Shown: in pieces, positions 36,166-49,693 of the stretch | How the letters are laid out: each line of letters begins with the position of its first letter | Numbering within the stretch: the stretch's first letter is position 1 | Assembly: GCF_963853765.1 (NCBI RefSeq) | Contig: NC_088858.1 | Location: forward strand, 2,418,001-2,482,000 | Direction: 5' to 3' | Source of the DNA: Magallana gigas | Taxonomy: Eukaryota | Length of the DNA stretch: 64,000 nucleotides | The notes under the pieces: model-generated | The model's input: the letters and a program-made list of their open reading frames with translations, nothing else | Databases searched by the model: none | What the model was told of the DNA's origin: nothing | Translations under genes and position numbers: made by a program

Positions 36166-39100
36166 TATAGAAAGGCTGCATTAACAAGTCTCACATTGTC
36201 AGTCTGCATATAATGTTACCATACTATTAAACTTGACTTCTGCCTCAATTTATATTAATTAAATGTTGAGGCGAAGACGTTCCAAATAAATGGCGTTAGT
36301 GGTTTGTATCCTAGCGTAGTACGCTTAGGGCTAGTGTCAAGGCTGAATTACCTGTTGTCCCTGGTAACAACAACAACAACAACAATAGATATAAGTAAGA
36401 TACAACATTTTGCTGATTTTCATTTATATTTTTTCTCTGTCATTAAAGACGTAATTTAAGTTTTGAAATTCACCCATTGTCATTCTGACATGAAAAGTTT
36501 ATATAACTAATTTTTTTTTCGAGAAAAACCCCAATTAATTAATTAATAAAAAACGACCTTACTTCGTAAAAAAAAATGAGTTTCCTTTTTCCTGGATTGA
36601 TTTACCCTTCCGGGGCTATTTTCAGAGAGTCCGTCTGACAATGGCGCATTGATACGAAACTTCTGCCGTCCTAAACGGTGATTCCCAGGCGAGGAATGCC
36701 ACGCGAAGGCTTGTGCCACTGAATTAATAAACGTACGAGGAAATATACATCCTGCTAATAGTTACCATTATCATTAACCAAATTATGATTATTTAAATGT
36801 TTACATTATGTAAACGAAGTCGTCGGACTGCGACCGAGTAGAGATTGGCCGGTCGCAGTCTCCGGAATGGCTGGAGCGGTCATGGGGGGGGGGGGGGTAT
36901 TCGCTGGACATCCTCCTTTTTGGACAAAATAAATTTCTACGAATGTATCTAATCGTTTAGTGTAATAGTGTTTGGATCGGGTGTTTATTCTTATGAAAAA
37001 TAATGAAGCACATTGTAAACGATATACACAAAGATTTAATCATTTACTGTTTTTAAAATGCATGATATCAGAACTTAAATGTTTTGCACAAAAAGTTTAA
37101 AAGACAAAATACCCGTGTCGTATGTAAACTTTCTTATTTGATAATTTGAATAAAATATTCATTTAAAAATTTGTATAATTTGTGAATTGGTCTGCTCTTT
37201 CAAGATTTATTTCATTGCACCGTTGCGTCACATTTTTCAATGACGTATAATGAACAAACTAGATGGTGTACATTTGGTTATGCTTTTTTTTTCCAATCAA
37301 TTCAAGATCATAAACTCTGATCACTCTCTTTTTTTATTTTCCCTTGTCTCAAAAAGCAAGTATGAGAATAACAATAGAACTCATAGAGAAACCGATCCTT
37401 GATCGTTACCATTTACAACAAGTCAGTACACACTCGATTCAAGTTATTTGTGATCAAATCGGGCATTTTTGATGAATGATGTCTCAAATCTGAACAGTTA
37501 TAATTTGAAACAATTACGTTTTTGTTAAGAAGTATGAACGCACAGAAGAGATTGTTCTGTGATAGCGAATTAAGATACATTTTTATTCAGAATAATCAAT
37601 ATTTATAATCGGTTTATGAGTTTTTTAAGTATTTTAGTGCGGTTACAAGGTGCAGTGAATTAATCGTTTCTTCATCTGTCTTGAGTTGCACAATCGGTGT
37701 ACATTTCCTGAATTTTTTGTACTTATTTCTTCACAATATTTAAATACTAACCGAATGGATAATAAAAAACCTATTAAACCAAAGAAATTATGAAGTTAAA
37801 TTGTGACATTTATATATACCGGTATTCTCCTTTTTTATATTTTAGAATAGGGTAATTATTCTTCGATAATCTGTACTATATAGAAAATAATAATTATTCT
37901 TCGAACTAGTACATTTTTAAACATGTTTTTCAAGATATCTTTTTCAAATAAGTATTTAAAATTGATAACACTAAATCTGTTTTGGAATGGAGTGTTCTCA
38001 GCCCTGTTCCCCATTTTTGTTTTTGTTTTGTTTTGTTTGTTTTTGTTTTTGTTTTTGTTTTTTTTTTTTTGCAACGCTTTCCTAGAACACGTTGGAATGA
38101 TTAGTCCTTTTGTTTCTTTGTACGTTGGGAATTTATTTATCACTCCCTCTCCTTTTCAAAATCGCTGTTACGGTTCTGTATTTGGCAACTGATCGTGTAT
38201 CAAATGTGTGAATATACAAATCTGATAGATTGCTTTTTATCCTGTCGAGAATATTTCATGGAAAGTTCATGGAGTTCCTGTTACTATCGAATGATTTATT
38301 CGTCCTTGAACTCCGAGGTTTATTATCGTGCTGTTGGCGACCATGAACACGATGGTCCCTCGCCCAAAGAAGCGTGCCTTGCTGAAGTTAGAACGATTGC
38401 CGCCCACAATCCACTACAACCAGGAATAAATAAATAGATAAATAAATAAAACAGACTTCTCCAGTACGCTCCTTGTAGAGTCATGTTACGCATGTCTCAG
38501 AATATTGACACAAAATGTCGAAGAAATTATGGCCAAAACATTAGCATTGTTTGAGTCTTAATATCTAAAAACACATACCAGAAATAACAAATTGTGTCCA
38601 GCGGTATATAGTCTTGTTAATCTGCATACCAGGAATTAAAAAAATCGCATGAATTTTGCAGGAATGTATTATTTTACAAATCCCATTACCATGTGTCGAA
38701 TGTTATACTTTGGTGTGATCTTGATTTAGCCAATTTTCATAATTTCAAGGATAAAAGTTATATTTGTAATATTAATTTTTGTTTAAATGAATTGATCATT
38801 CCTATGATGTTTTATAAGCCACGGACTTGCCAAATATACCACGTTTGAAGTTGAAATTGGAATAAATGTTTGACACGCCTTTGGAATCACATTCTAGCTG
38901 TCATTACCGGCGAATTTATTTAAACAGATCTAAATATGTGACAATGTCATAAATTTCAACAGTTTTTTGTTGTTTAAATGTTCACATAATCAAAATTTGG
39001 TATGTTAATGGAAAATACTAAATAAGTACTTAGTCACATTTAATAAATTGACAATTTGTCGGTGGAACGGGCAAATACTTTGGACAGACTTTCAGACAGA

Positions 39101-39656
39101 TATTTTTTTTTGTACTTTCACTTCAAGAACCTGTTATGAGTTTGGGTGGTATTTAATTTAGACCGTGAGATTTTGCATTCTAAAATTATCGTGATAAAAT
39201 CGCTTTACACAACCAATGTGACACATTTTAGATACTGAATTTTATGTGTTTTTTATTTTATGTTATATAGTCTCAATTTCCTACGTCGTTTAAAAACCAT
39301 GAACGAATTACAATGGTTCGGATTAAACGTGTTTTTGGTTAAAAATAGATAAGGATTTTCTCATTGTTTTGTTTCTGTTTTGCTAGTGTCTTTTTGGGTT
39401 TCTCTTTTATTATAATGACTAAATATTCTAATTCAAAAAGTATTGTGATGATTCTCTTAGTCCTTCCAGAGATTTATTTAACAGTCTTTATTGAACCACA
39501 TTAAAGTAAAAAGAATTCATGTTTCTACATTAAATAAATCGTGTAAATATCCAAACAATTGCAAAGACTGCAGAATGACACGTAGATTTCAGCACCTTAA
39601 AAAAAGCCTATATTCCGAAGACTTAGAACGCAAAAAATAAATACCTCTGACAAGGT

Positions 39657-39690
<34 letters not shown>

Positions 39691-42346
39691 AATCCTTCTT
39701 CCTGTACTATTCCGTTAACATCCTGTTACGCTCAAATATACGACAACTCACCGTTACGTATTATACAGTCGTTTTACCGGTGACGAATCAGTATGCGGTT
39801 TCGTCGTGCATGCGACTATTATTATCGGAATTCCAAATGTTTTTATTATTTGTTTTAATTACGTTTCGTAGTCCTTCTTAACTGTAGTATCAAACTTCCG
39901 AAAATATAAAAGATGAATTATGGAGATAGTAATTTTAACACCTCCTCCATTTTCCTAGTTTCGAATTCGTTTTCCAGTATAGAATCAAGCGCCGTATCTT
40001 ACTTCTGACCGAATATTTTGAGGCGAATTAATTTCAAAAATATACTAGAGGTTTATGTTAATAGATTTATAAATGAAGAATGAAAAATAATTGTGGGAAT
40101 ATGTCATTTAAACAAATAATATGATCGTTATTTTTGTCATACCGTTTTCCCATCAAATTGAAACTGGACCTGCACAGTTTTCACTTGAGTTACTTAATGA
40201 TATTGAATTTTCATAAAAACTCTCTATAATAGTTATTGATGATAAGTAATTGTCATTTGCCTTTGCTTTTGATTTTATCATCAAATTAACCAAAATTTCC
40301 TCCAAAAATTCATATTTTAGAGGAAATCACCACCATGAAAATCGTTTTTTTTTTTTTAGATTACCTCGAATATAAAGTAAACATTTTATAGCTTAGACTT
40401 AACAGTTATAAATGCAAGACCGAGGGTCGTCTTAACAATTTATTGACGCAGTCTCATTTATGATCAAATATAAATCAAGTGTTTTGTTGAAATGGTTGAA
40501 ACTTTTTAAATACGCACATCCTTTTAAACTTTGATGTTTTAAAGTTAATTAACAAATTAAAATATATCTCTCTTGAAATATTTATCTTTTCCAGTCCAGA
40601 AATTGAGCTTGAATCTTTTTAGAAATACAAATTAAGAAATATAAGATAATCTAAATATTCCGTTAAAACTATTTAGTTCCGGAAAACAAATTATTCTCTG
40701 TATTAAATTACATTTTGAATCGAAGTAAAAAATCTTGATATCAGATGTCTTGTTAGATCTGTATAAAGGGAAGATTATTTCTGTGATTTATCACACAAGA
40801 TAAGCCAATCAAAGGTAAAGTGACTTAATGATCTCGAATGATACACAATGAATATACAGTCTTTGATCGGACATATTCTAATTAAAATAAAACTAAAAAA
40901 GTATTTATCGTTATGTAATGTATCGCTAATCAGGAAAGGGTAAATTGATAATTAGAAATCATAATGCTTAGTGTGTATATGTTGCTGCTTAATCGATCGC
41001 TGTTTTGTTTTAATCTTCAATGTGTTGACGTAACCATACCAAAAAGTCACTAAAGTTTCCCTGTTTAGACAAGAGATTGATTAAGCCATGTTTATCTTGT
41101 GAACGACGTTGTTATCAACTTAACAGGTGCTTTCCTGTAACCGAGTGTTCATTCACGGTAAATGCGTAGTCAAGCCACACTTTTTGTCAAAGTGTTAACA
41201 TTTCCGGTTATTCATTAATCAAGATAGATATAAAGAGAAAATAATGAAAACAAACAGGTTCAAACATCTTCTGAAGATGTAGCGATCCTGTTTAACTCCC
41301 TTGTTCACGCTAAGTTTCTCGGAATTCATCTTGCAAACATTGGTAAGCACTATTACCGTTTGTTATTTATACTCCAGTAGACTTGTTGTTAATTCAAGTT
41401 TCAGCTAAGGCACCATGTAGACGACTTTGACTTTTAGCAACGCAGGGCAATCATTTTTGTTATTTGATGATTTGACCACATGATTTTATTGTTTCGTTTT
41501 CACAAGTGTATGTTTTATTTAAGAAATAATTAAACAACAATGTTAAAATGTTTACCGGGATATAAACTTGGTTGGTCACCTGATCAAATCCTGAAGCCGG
41601 GCTTCTCAGAACCCCAAGTTCATATTCCGGTGAACTTTTTAACATTGCTGTTTTTTACTTATATTTACGTTTGAGAATGGCAAATCCTTCAGAATTGTAA
41701 ATCCAAGGATGTTTTTACGTGTACATTATTGCAACCGTCAATCGATAAGCGCATGCGATTATCATTGTGGCATCATGAAAAAGTTCACACAGAAATGAAC
41801 GTTTTTGCTACCCTATAGGTTCATATGAGAAAGCATATTTGCAAATGTTAGTATTTAAGCCTAAAACCTTAGTCAGAACTGGTCGTAAGTGTTTGATGAT
41901 CGTGGGTGTGCTATGGGTTTTGCCAGTCGTGGCTCCCGTGGCTGATCGTTGCGTTAAGAATTGTGTTGAAGTGATTGAGCGTACAATGTAAAACCAAACC
42001 ACAGTCACAACTGGTCGTAAGTGCTTCGACGGATGGTCTACTTTCGGATTTTAATGAAAATCTTGCGAAACACACGATTTTAAAATAACGTAACAATCAC
42101 CACGGTTTCCTTGCAAGATCAGAAAACGTGCGCTGCACTTGTGCTTCATTCAAGGAGCCTGTAAGATAACAGTACGATTTAACTTATACGAATGACGTAA
42201 GAAGGTCTCACTTGTCCCTTGCGTTACAAATAAACACATAAGTTGAGTGCAAGTCGATTTTTGCTCACCAACAACATATACATTGAACGCACAACAAACC
42301 TATTATCATAGGTAATCATACGAACGCCATGCCTAAGCCAATTGCA

Positions 42347-42348
<2 letters not shown>

Positions 42349-42426
<78 letters not shown>
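42349..42426. repeat. (TA)n microsatellite
   Basis: Direct reading. Confidence 0.95.
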
Positions 42427-42430
<4 letters not shown>

Positions 42431-43121
42431 TTGGTCATTGATCACAACCCTAACTGGACAGATGCGGAGAGAAAAAATAAAGGAAAATGTTGGATGCATA
42501 GACTGAAGTCATTCCGCCCTGACGGCATTAACAAATTAAGTGACTTCACCAAAATGAACATCAACTAAGTACTGTTTTGTTTTCGTAGCAATATCACCAT
42601 CTTCATCTTTTTCGGTCCATGTACAAACTATTAATCATGTTATTTATTCAAATTATTAGCTATTTCCTTAATCGGTTTTGTTCTTTTGCTTTATTTCACT
42701 TCCATTAGTTTTTACATTCATGATTATTTATGTGGTCTTTTACAGGGCCAATCTTCCCTACAAACTTTCACTACGAATTATCTTACTAGTACAACTTAAT
42801 TAACAGCAACCCCCAATTAGCAAGTTAATTCGTTCGCGTTATCTTTCAGCACTTCTTCACAGACCGTCCGCTGCGTCGGACGGGATTTTTCTTTCTCGGG
42901 CTCGAATTCTTAAATATAAAGATGTAGCTGCCACGTTTTGATCCGGTGTTTAAACATTATCTAGTTTTTATATATTATTTAGTTTAGTTTAGTGCTAGTT
43001 TTGTAGATGTTTTTCTTCTTTCTTATGTAGTTTTTATTTTGTTGTCCTGAAGAAGGACGGGTTGTCCCGAAAATTTGACAATATTTTACTTTATTGTTCG
43101 TGTCGTTGGTTATTTTTAGTG

Positions 43122-43125
<4 letters not shown>

Positions 43126-43201
<76 letters not shown>
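43126..43201. repeat. (TA)n microsatellite
   Basis: Direct reading. Confidence 0.95.
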
Positions 43202-43203
<2 letters not shown>

Positions 43204-45769
43204 GGAAAAATCCACATAAGAGATCGACAATTCTGCCATTCATCGAAATCAAATCAACGCTTCTAGTAATCCCCGTCTGAATACAAATGCCAAACAAACA
43301 AATACCATCTTTTGGCTAAAGTGTGGAATTAACAGAAAAACAGGAGGAGAAGGAACTGGGTATATGAAGTAGATTGTAAAAAAGACAAAAAAAAATCCGG
43401 AGATCTTTGACTTGCAAGCGTGCTAAAATGGAATCATAAACATTTCCGGAGTGAGAAGACAAATGATTTATGCCCGCAAAACAAGCGTAATGTTCAACAA
43501 ATAGTTAACAAAAATGTAACAGCATTCAAAGATATAACATTAGCCAGGAAATATTATCATTCGATGGTTAATTCGCTGAAATTAGGTTCTTTCGCTGACT
43601 TTCTTCTAAATTTCCGAGAAATTTTCAAAATTTACTTGTATCGGATACGAAAGATAAATATTTCAAATCATTTTTCATTTGTGTCTCCCAGTTTATCTAG
43701 TCGATTATTCACCAAACAGCAATTACAAAACATTAATATTCTTTTTATTTGAGTTCTTGTGACGTTTCAGTATAAACTTACCCACAACAAATTTATTTCA
43801 CTATATGTCTAAAGATAAAATGAATGTATTGTATTTATTATGAAAATTAATGATTGTCTGTGCAGGCACAAAAAGACGTTGGTACGATTGCTTTGCTAGT
43901 GACTTACGATGTGAATTTTATTACTGCTGTTCGCAAAGCTGACATACGTTTGTTGCTCGATAATTGAAAGACACAAGTAAGGTTCCCATGCGAGTGGCTT
44001 TTAAAAACAATGTATGTAAAACAACGACTGACAAGTCAAACGTCCGTTTGTCTTACGTTGCACTCTCAATAAGCGACGGAAGCCACGACTGGAAAGACCC
44101 GCTGCACACCCACGATCAGCAAACATATACGGCCAGTTGTGACTTAGGCTAAAGCCTGATAGACGTTAGACGTGTCAGTCGTAGGTGTCATATACAATTT
44201 TATTTGGAGACGGATTGCCAATCGCAACGTGCGATGCCCATAGAAACTGTACTTGCGTCTTACGATGATCGTGCAGCAGGCGTACGTTTGCCATGCGAAC
44301 GACAGTAATAACATTAGCGTTGTAGGTCACTCGCAAGTCAATAATACCGACGTCTTTCTGTGCCTCACGACAGCTGATCGGACAGTTCTTAGTTTTTACA
44401 TTAAATAAAAATGTTTTTTTTCTTTCGACATATACTGAAATAAATTTATCGTATTAAAAGCAAGTGAATATTGAACGTTAACATCAAAGTAATCTAAGAA
44501 AAATAATACAGTTGTTCCGTAATTGCTGCTTTGATGAATACACTAGCAAAACTGATCGACAAAAATGAAGAATGTAATGAAAGAATGGTCATAAAATTGA
44601 TAATAATTATTTTCAAAATGGAAAAAAGTTTTCTGTTTACAAACGAAAATCATCATTCTAACAAAAAGTACTAGTATCTTACTTATCTGATAGTTTTATT
44701 AAAAACTGTGTGCCAAGTTTTTGCGCCAAGTCCTACAACAAATTCCTCTAGTTTTGTGCAGATGGTTCATTATATTTCATCAATATTTAAATATATTTTG
44801 TTTATGGGCGATTCGCATGCGACACGAGCAATTGGTGTACGCATGACGTAAGAAAGATTTACTTTACTGTGCGTTCAATTTATATGTTGATGGTGAGCAC
44901 AAGCAACTTGCAGTCAACGTACGTGTACCCCAAGGAAAAAGAAAGATCCCCTTACGTCATTCGTGCAAGTCCCATCGTACGTTTATCTTTCGGATTCCTT
45001 GAGTGAGGTGCAACTACAGCGAAAGTTTTCAGATCTCGCAAGGAAACCGTGGTGATTGTTGTGCATATCCAACAGTCACAGTGTGTGCTTACGGGAAGCG
45101 TACGTCCTTCCAAAATCGTAAGATGCACTTGCGTGTTTCGTAAGATTTTCAATAAAAAAACACGCCCGTAGACCACCCGTAGAGGCAGGCTCGATCAGTT
45201 GTGCCTTAGACACGTCGACAACAATATCCCATAAGGTCTGTCTAAGATGTTTTGTGGATTCTCTTGGAAAAAACAGCGAAAATCTCATTTATATACTCTT
45301 TAAAACAATTAAAACAATTCTTCATATATATATCTTCATTATGTAACTTTATTAATGGTAAAAATCTGACCAGAAAATTTCTGAATTAGATAGCAGGTTT
45401 GTTCCTCGTTCACGTGTACTGCCACTGACATTTCTCTTACATAACTAAAGCTATTAGAATAACTCCTTCTGTCTTTCAGAAAATATTTGAATATTACACG
45501 AGCAGTCATTGAAAACAAGAATATAATGTTGAGTAAAGTGCTCTTAGTGAAGTTAAATTCTTAGATTTGGAATATTCCATATCCTATTCCATTTTTCGAT
45601 AGTTGATGTCAAAGTTTGTTTTTATGGGATTCTTATTCAAGTAAATTTTCTATATTTCATAAAATCAAAAAATCATTATGCATGTACAATTACAACTAAA
45701 GACTTGTATTTAAATGAAGACTTAGTGCCATCATGGAAGGACAATTAAGGTTAAAGAATTGTATGTACA

Positions 45770-46340
45770 CATTATGCATGACATTGTACAATATAACAGT
45801 TACAGAATCTTTTTATGCTGATATTTATCTTTAAATATGGACAATTACAGTTAAAGAATTATACTTTATAATAATTAAACTTTTCATTATGCAAGCCATT
45901 GTACAGTATAACATGTAGAAAAATGTGTATATTTAAAGACTCATTATTATGTATATATGACATTGTACAATATTACATGTACAAAAATGTGTATATCTAA
46001 AGACTCATCATTATGCATGATATTGTACAATATTACATGTAGAAAAGTGTGTATATTTGAAGACTCGTCATTATGCATGATATTGTACAGCATTACATGT
46101 ACAAAAATGTGTATATCTAAAGACTCATCATTATGCATGATACTGTACAACATAACATGTAGAAAAATGTGTATATTTGAAGACTCGTCATTATGCATGA
46201 TATTGTACAGCATTACATGAAGAAAAATGTGTATATCTAAAGACTCATCATTATGCATGACTTTGTAAAACATTACATGTACAATAATGAGAATATTTAA
46301 GACTCATCATCATCATGCATGACTTTGTACAATATTACAT
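45770..46340. repeat. 60-bp minisatellite
   Basis: Unit ATTATGCATGATATTGTACAATATTACATGTACAAAAATGTGTATATCTAAAGACTCATC; explains ORFs 45947-46273 and 45957-46220. Confidence 0.9.
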
Positions 46341-48584
46341 TTCTATGTGAACACTCATTGTGTATCTACTCCACCTTTTTCATGTTTGTCTTGATTTTTC
46401 TACTTCCTTTTATTACAATAATAGAAGTATATTAAAAGCATGCTATCTGCAAAGGTCAACGATTTTTTATGTCACCTATGCATAAAAAGTGCGGTTTTAA
46501 AAGCCTAACTAGAAAGGTGTATGTATTTATAGAGTCATTATTCAATAATACTTCAATTAAAGTATGATTTATAGGTAACAGTTAAGTGCCCAGTCATTGA
46601 TCTGTTTGTGCCTGACACAGGTGCTTTGCTATACCTGATTAACTGATTTAGACTACAAAACAGCAAACTTATTCAAACCATGATAAAGTTAATTAAGTTA
46701 CGAATTCATAAGTAGCATGTCGTCTGCCAATCACCGTCACACGCCGCCATGATTGGGAGGGCGGGATTTATCGTCTGCGACATGATTCCACGGAGGAACG
46801 CTTCCAGAATTTCAATAATGCGACCTCTGATTTCAGTGTTTTCCTTCCCAGCTAAAAATAATGTAAATAAAAATGAAAAATGTGTTTTATAAGCAAACTT
46901 CGACAATATATTTGAAACAACAAGCAAAGTGCTCATCCCTTTTGTTTAAATATAGATTTCGAAGAGAACGCAAAATAACTTCATAACTAACATTCCTTTG
47001 ATTACGATAGTACATAAAGCAAAATTAAAGACGATATAAAGTTTTGTAACATAGAGGCTTTGATTTGTGATCTTACATCACATAACGTATTACCGTTAAT
47101 TATGAAAGATATGCATTGGACAAAATTGCTCCCTCCCACCATATGAGATGCCCTTGTTGGAGCGGATCGTCAGTTTCAGACCTTCCGGCACGAACTTTAG
47201 TACATTTAACCATACATAAAAACTCGGTTATAGTGAATTCCTAGTGACAGTTAGATTTACTTTGTTATATCCGTAATTCATCTTAACTGTATAACGTATT
47301 CGTAATAATAGGCTTAGCGAATTCGTCGTACACGTCTCTCCATCCAAGTGTCTACCTTTTGTGTTTATTAATTAAGTCATTGGATAAAATTAAATTTCTA
47401 AGAAACCTAAAATAATCGGAGTGTGAATTGAAAACTAGATGTGAAAATTTATGTCAATTAGTATCGGTGCCTTTGAACACTTTTAAAACATGCAATTTTC
47501 CTTATTTTTCATCTCTACAGGACTCAAAATTAGTTTGCTACATCCGTATATTCGTTCTAACCGAGTTCGTTATATTCATAAAATTTTACAAACTAAGATT
47601 TGTGAAGAATTTTGCCGGGGACTCGAAAAAACTTGGCCATGTGCGAGACTTCGCTAAATCCATTGGCATGTTCGCACTAAACAAATTTACTGTATGCAAT
47701 GACGGATGCCAAAAATACCACCTCATAGAATTACAGTATCACAAAGGATTTCAGAACAACCATTTTTTATGGTAATTCAATAATATGTATAAATGAGTTT
47801 AAGGAGGCCGATTTGGTTGTTGGTTGGCATTAGTCACTTCATTTATTAACCATTTGAAATACATACCAACTCTAGTATATATATATTTCTGATGTTCAGT
47901 AGTGTCCGAAGCAAATTGAAAGGAGGGGAAGGGGGGGGGGTGACCTTATCAGAACTCTTGACAAGCAAAAAGTTAATAGTATAAATTATGCAAAATAAAA
48001 TGTGGGAGTACTCACGACGTCAATGTATACACACGTCACTATGATTATATAATACTTACTTGTTGTTATTAAGTACATGATCCTATCATCTTTTTTACAG
48101 AATGTTTACCTACAGTTCATTCGATATATATTATGATTCTGTTGAATCATATTTAATGATGTGTTCAACACTCGGGTTTTCTTTTCCTTTTCATATTTTC
48201 CTTAAAGAACTATTTAAGTGCGTTTTAATAATCTGAATCTGGTCAGCGCCAGCAGTTGACCGAATTTTGGTGAATATACATCACAATCTTGTGGTAAATG
48301 GTGAAAATTTAAAGTAGTTCAACAAAATGTCAAAAGTAAGGAAAACATATTATTTATTCTGTACGAATTTGAAAAGAATTTAATGTTTTAATTAGTTTTA
48401 ATTTACAAAGAAATGATGTTGTCAGCAATATCAATTAAGGACAAGTTTCATTCTAACATTTATTAGCAAGGTCGTTACGAAGGTTTTCATAGCTACTTTG
48501 TCCCTAATCTGTAAGGGTCATGGCAAAGCAACTCACGACGGGGTTTAAAATACACTGATTAACAGAGAGCGATTTCCGGAATAA

Positions 48585-49068
48585 AAGAACATGGTCACGA
48601 TTTTGCTCAAATTGTATTTTTCTGGTTTTATTGTTTTCAGTACTTAAGGAATGCATTTCTAATAATCAAATGGATTTTGAGAGTCAGTCGTAGAGTTATA
48701 AGCAAGATGCAGGGATCGCAATTCTTAATCATGTAAACAAGGCTCATGCCCAGTTTTTGTTTACATAGGTTCAATATACCATAAACAATCTCTTTCAAGT
48801 TGAGTTGTCTATCTTATTATTTATTTTAAGCACAAATTAACAGTTCCTAACGTTTGGCACACTCCTTTTAGGTCTAAAACTGGAATTTTAGCTTCAACAT
48901 TCAAAATGTAAACAAAAGCTTTGTTTACATTTAACAAAGAATTGTAACGCGCTTATAACCCAACGAATGAAACTTAATTTTTGGTTGCCTATTTAACATG
49001 CCTTACTGAAGCATTGTAAACATTAAAATCGGAAAAATCGGTTTTGAACAAAATCGTGACTATACCAT
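48585..49068. mobile_element. Related Kolobok-like non-autonomous element, copy 3
   Basis: Degenerate TIR (gtcacgatttt / aaaatcgtgac) and internal homology to copy 2. Confidence 0.6.
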
Positions 49069-49560
49069 TTTAAAACCACGATCTAAAACATTCATCATTA
49101 AAGGAAGGAACAAGCTTTGGTTACTTATCTACTGGATTGTGATGGAGTTTAAAATTTGACTGCATGAACCATATTGAAATAAATCCGGCATGCACTTAAG
49201 TGTATATATTTTCATCTACCAAGCGTTATTCCCTCTATTTCCTACGGAAACTTATAGATAATTCATAGCTCTATAGAAACAGCCAGACTGGAATAAACAC
49301 GCCGTGAAACTGAATCTGACATCAAAGTGACAGGTCTGAAATTGACACGCCCTGTTTATCGATTGGTCAAGACCTACAACTACCTAAGAAAAATCAAGGA
49401 CTGCACGAAATAATCATGATGATGTCAGACTCAAAGTCTCACGGGAGACGATTTAGCTGTTTCTTTTAGCTAACGTACATATCTACGATAACAGTAATTA
49501 AGTGAATTTTACTTACTTTTACGCTCAATTTATTAATTAGTTAAAAGAAATATTTTAATA

Positions 49561-49693
49561 TAAACAATAAAATGCTTTCTTTAATGATTCATGCATGTTA
49601 TGAAGGTAGCGATCACTGCAGAATATATTTTTTCTGCAATGTCTCTACCTTCATATCCCGAATGAATCACCAAAGAAAGCATTTTATTGTTTA
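49561..49693. mobile_element. Short palindromic MITE-like element
   Basis: Arms of about 60 bp form an imperfect fold-back (TAAACAATAAAATGCTTTCTTT...TGAAGGTAG...CTGCAGAA / TTCTGCA...CTACCTTCA...AAAGAAAGCATTTTATTGTTTA) around a short AT loop. Confidence 0.6.

Larger units (their letters stand above)
41857..45238. mobile_element. Nested pair of same-family non-autonomous DNA transposons (Harbinger-like termini) in opposite orientations
   Basis: The terminal motif (T)AAG(T/G)CACAACTG(G/A)(T/C)CG occurs near 41868 (+), 42003 (+), 44148 (-) and 45227 (-). Inverted homology links 41860-41945 with 44070-44155, 42005-42345 with 44820-45230, and 43780-44050 with 44165-44450. The superfamily call rests on the TAA/TTA flank at 44150 and is tentative. 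Confidence 0.6.

Noticed and set aside
35636-36187. Repetitive YRVPAL / CTEYRL ORFs
   Set aside because: Translation of a minisatellite with variable unit length; no splice or start context.
36826-36860. 11-bp GC-rich stem-loop GACTGCGACCG...CGGTCGCAGTC
   Set aside because: Not followed by a Helitron CTRR end and not tRNA-like; a single short hairpin is weak evidence.
38195-38437. 80-aa ORF with GDHEHDGP, faintly like the HxH end of a WRKY/FLYWCH-type zinc finger
   Set aside because: No upstream Cys ligands in the right spacing and no partner exons.
41258-41342. AG...GTAAGC-bounded open segment VQTSSEDVAILFNSLVHAKFLGIHLANI (KFLGIHL recalls a LINE RT motif)
   Set aside because: No polypyrimidine tract, no neighbouring RT motifs, too short to call.
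42224-43297. IYIYIY-containing ORFs
   Set aside because: Produced by (TA)n microsatellites.
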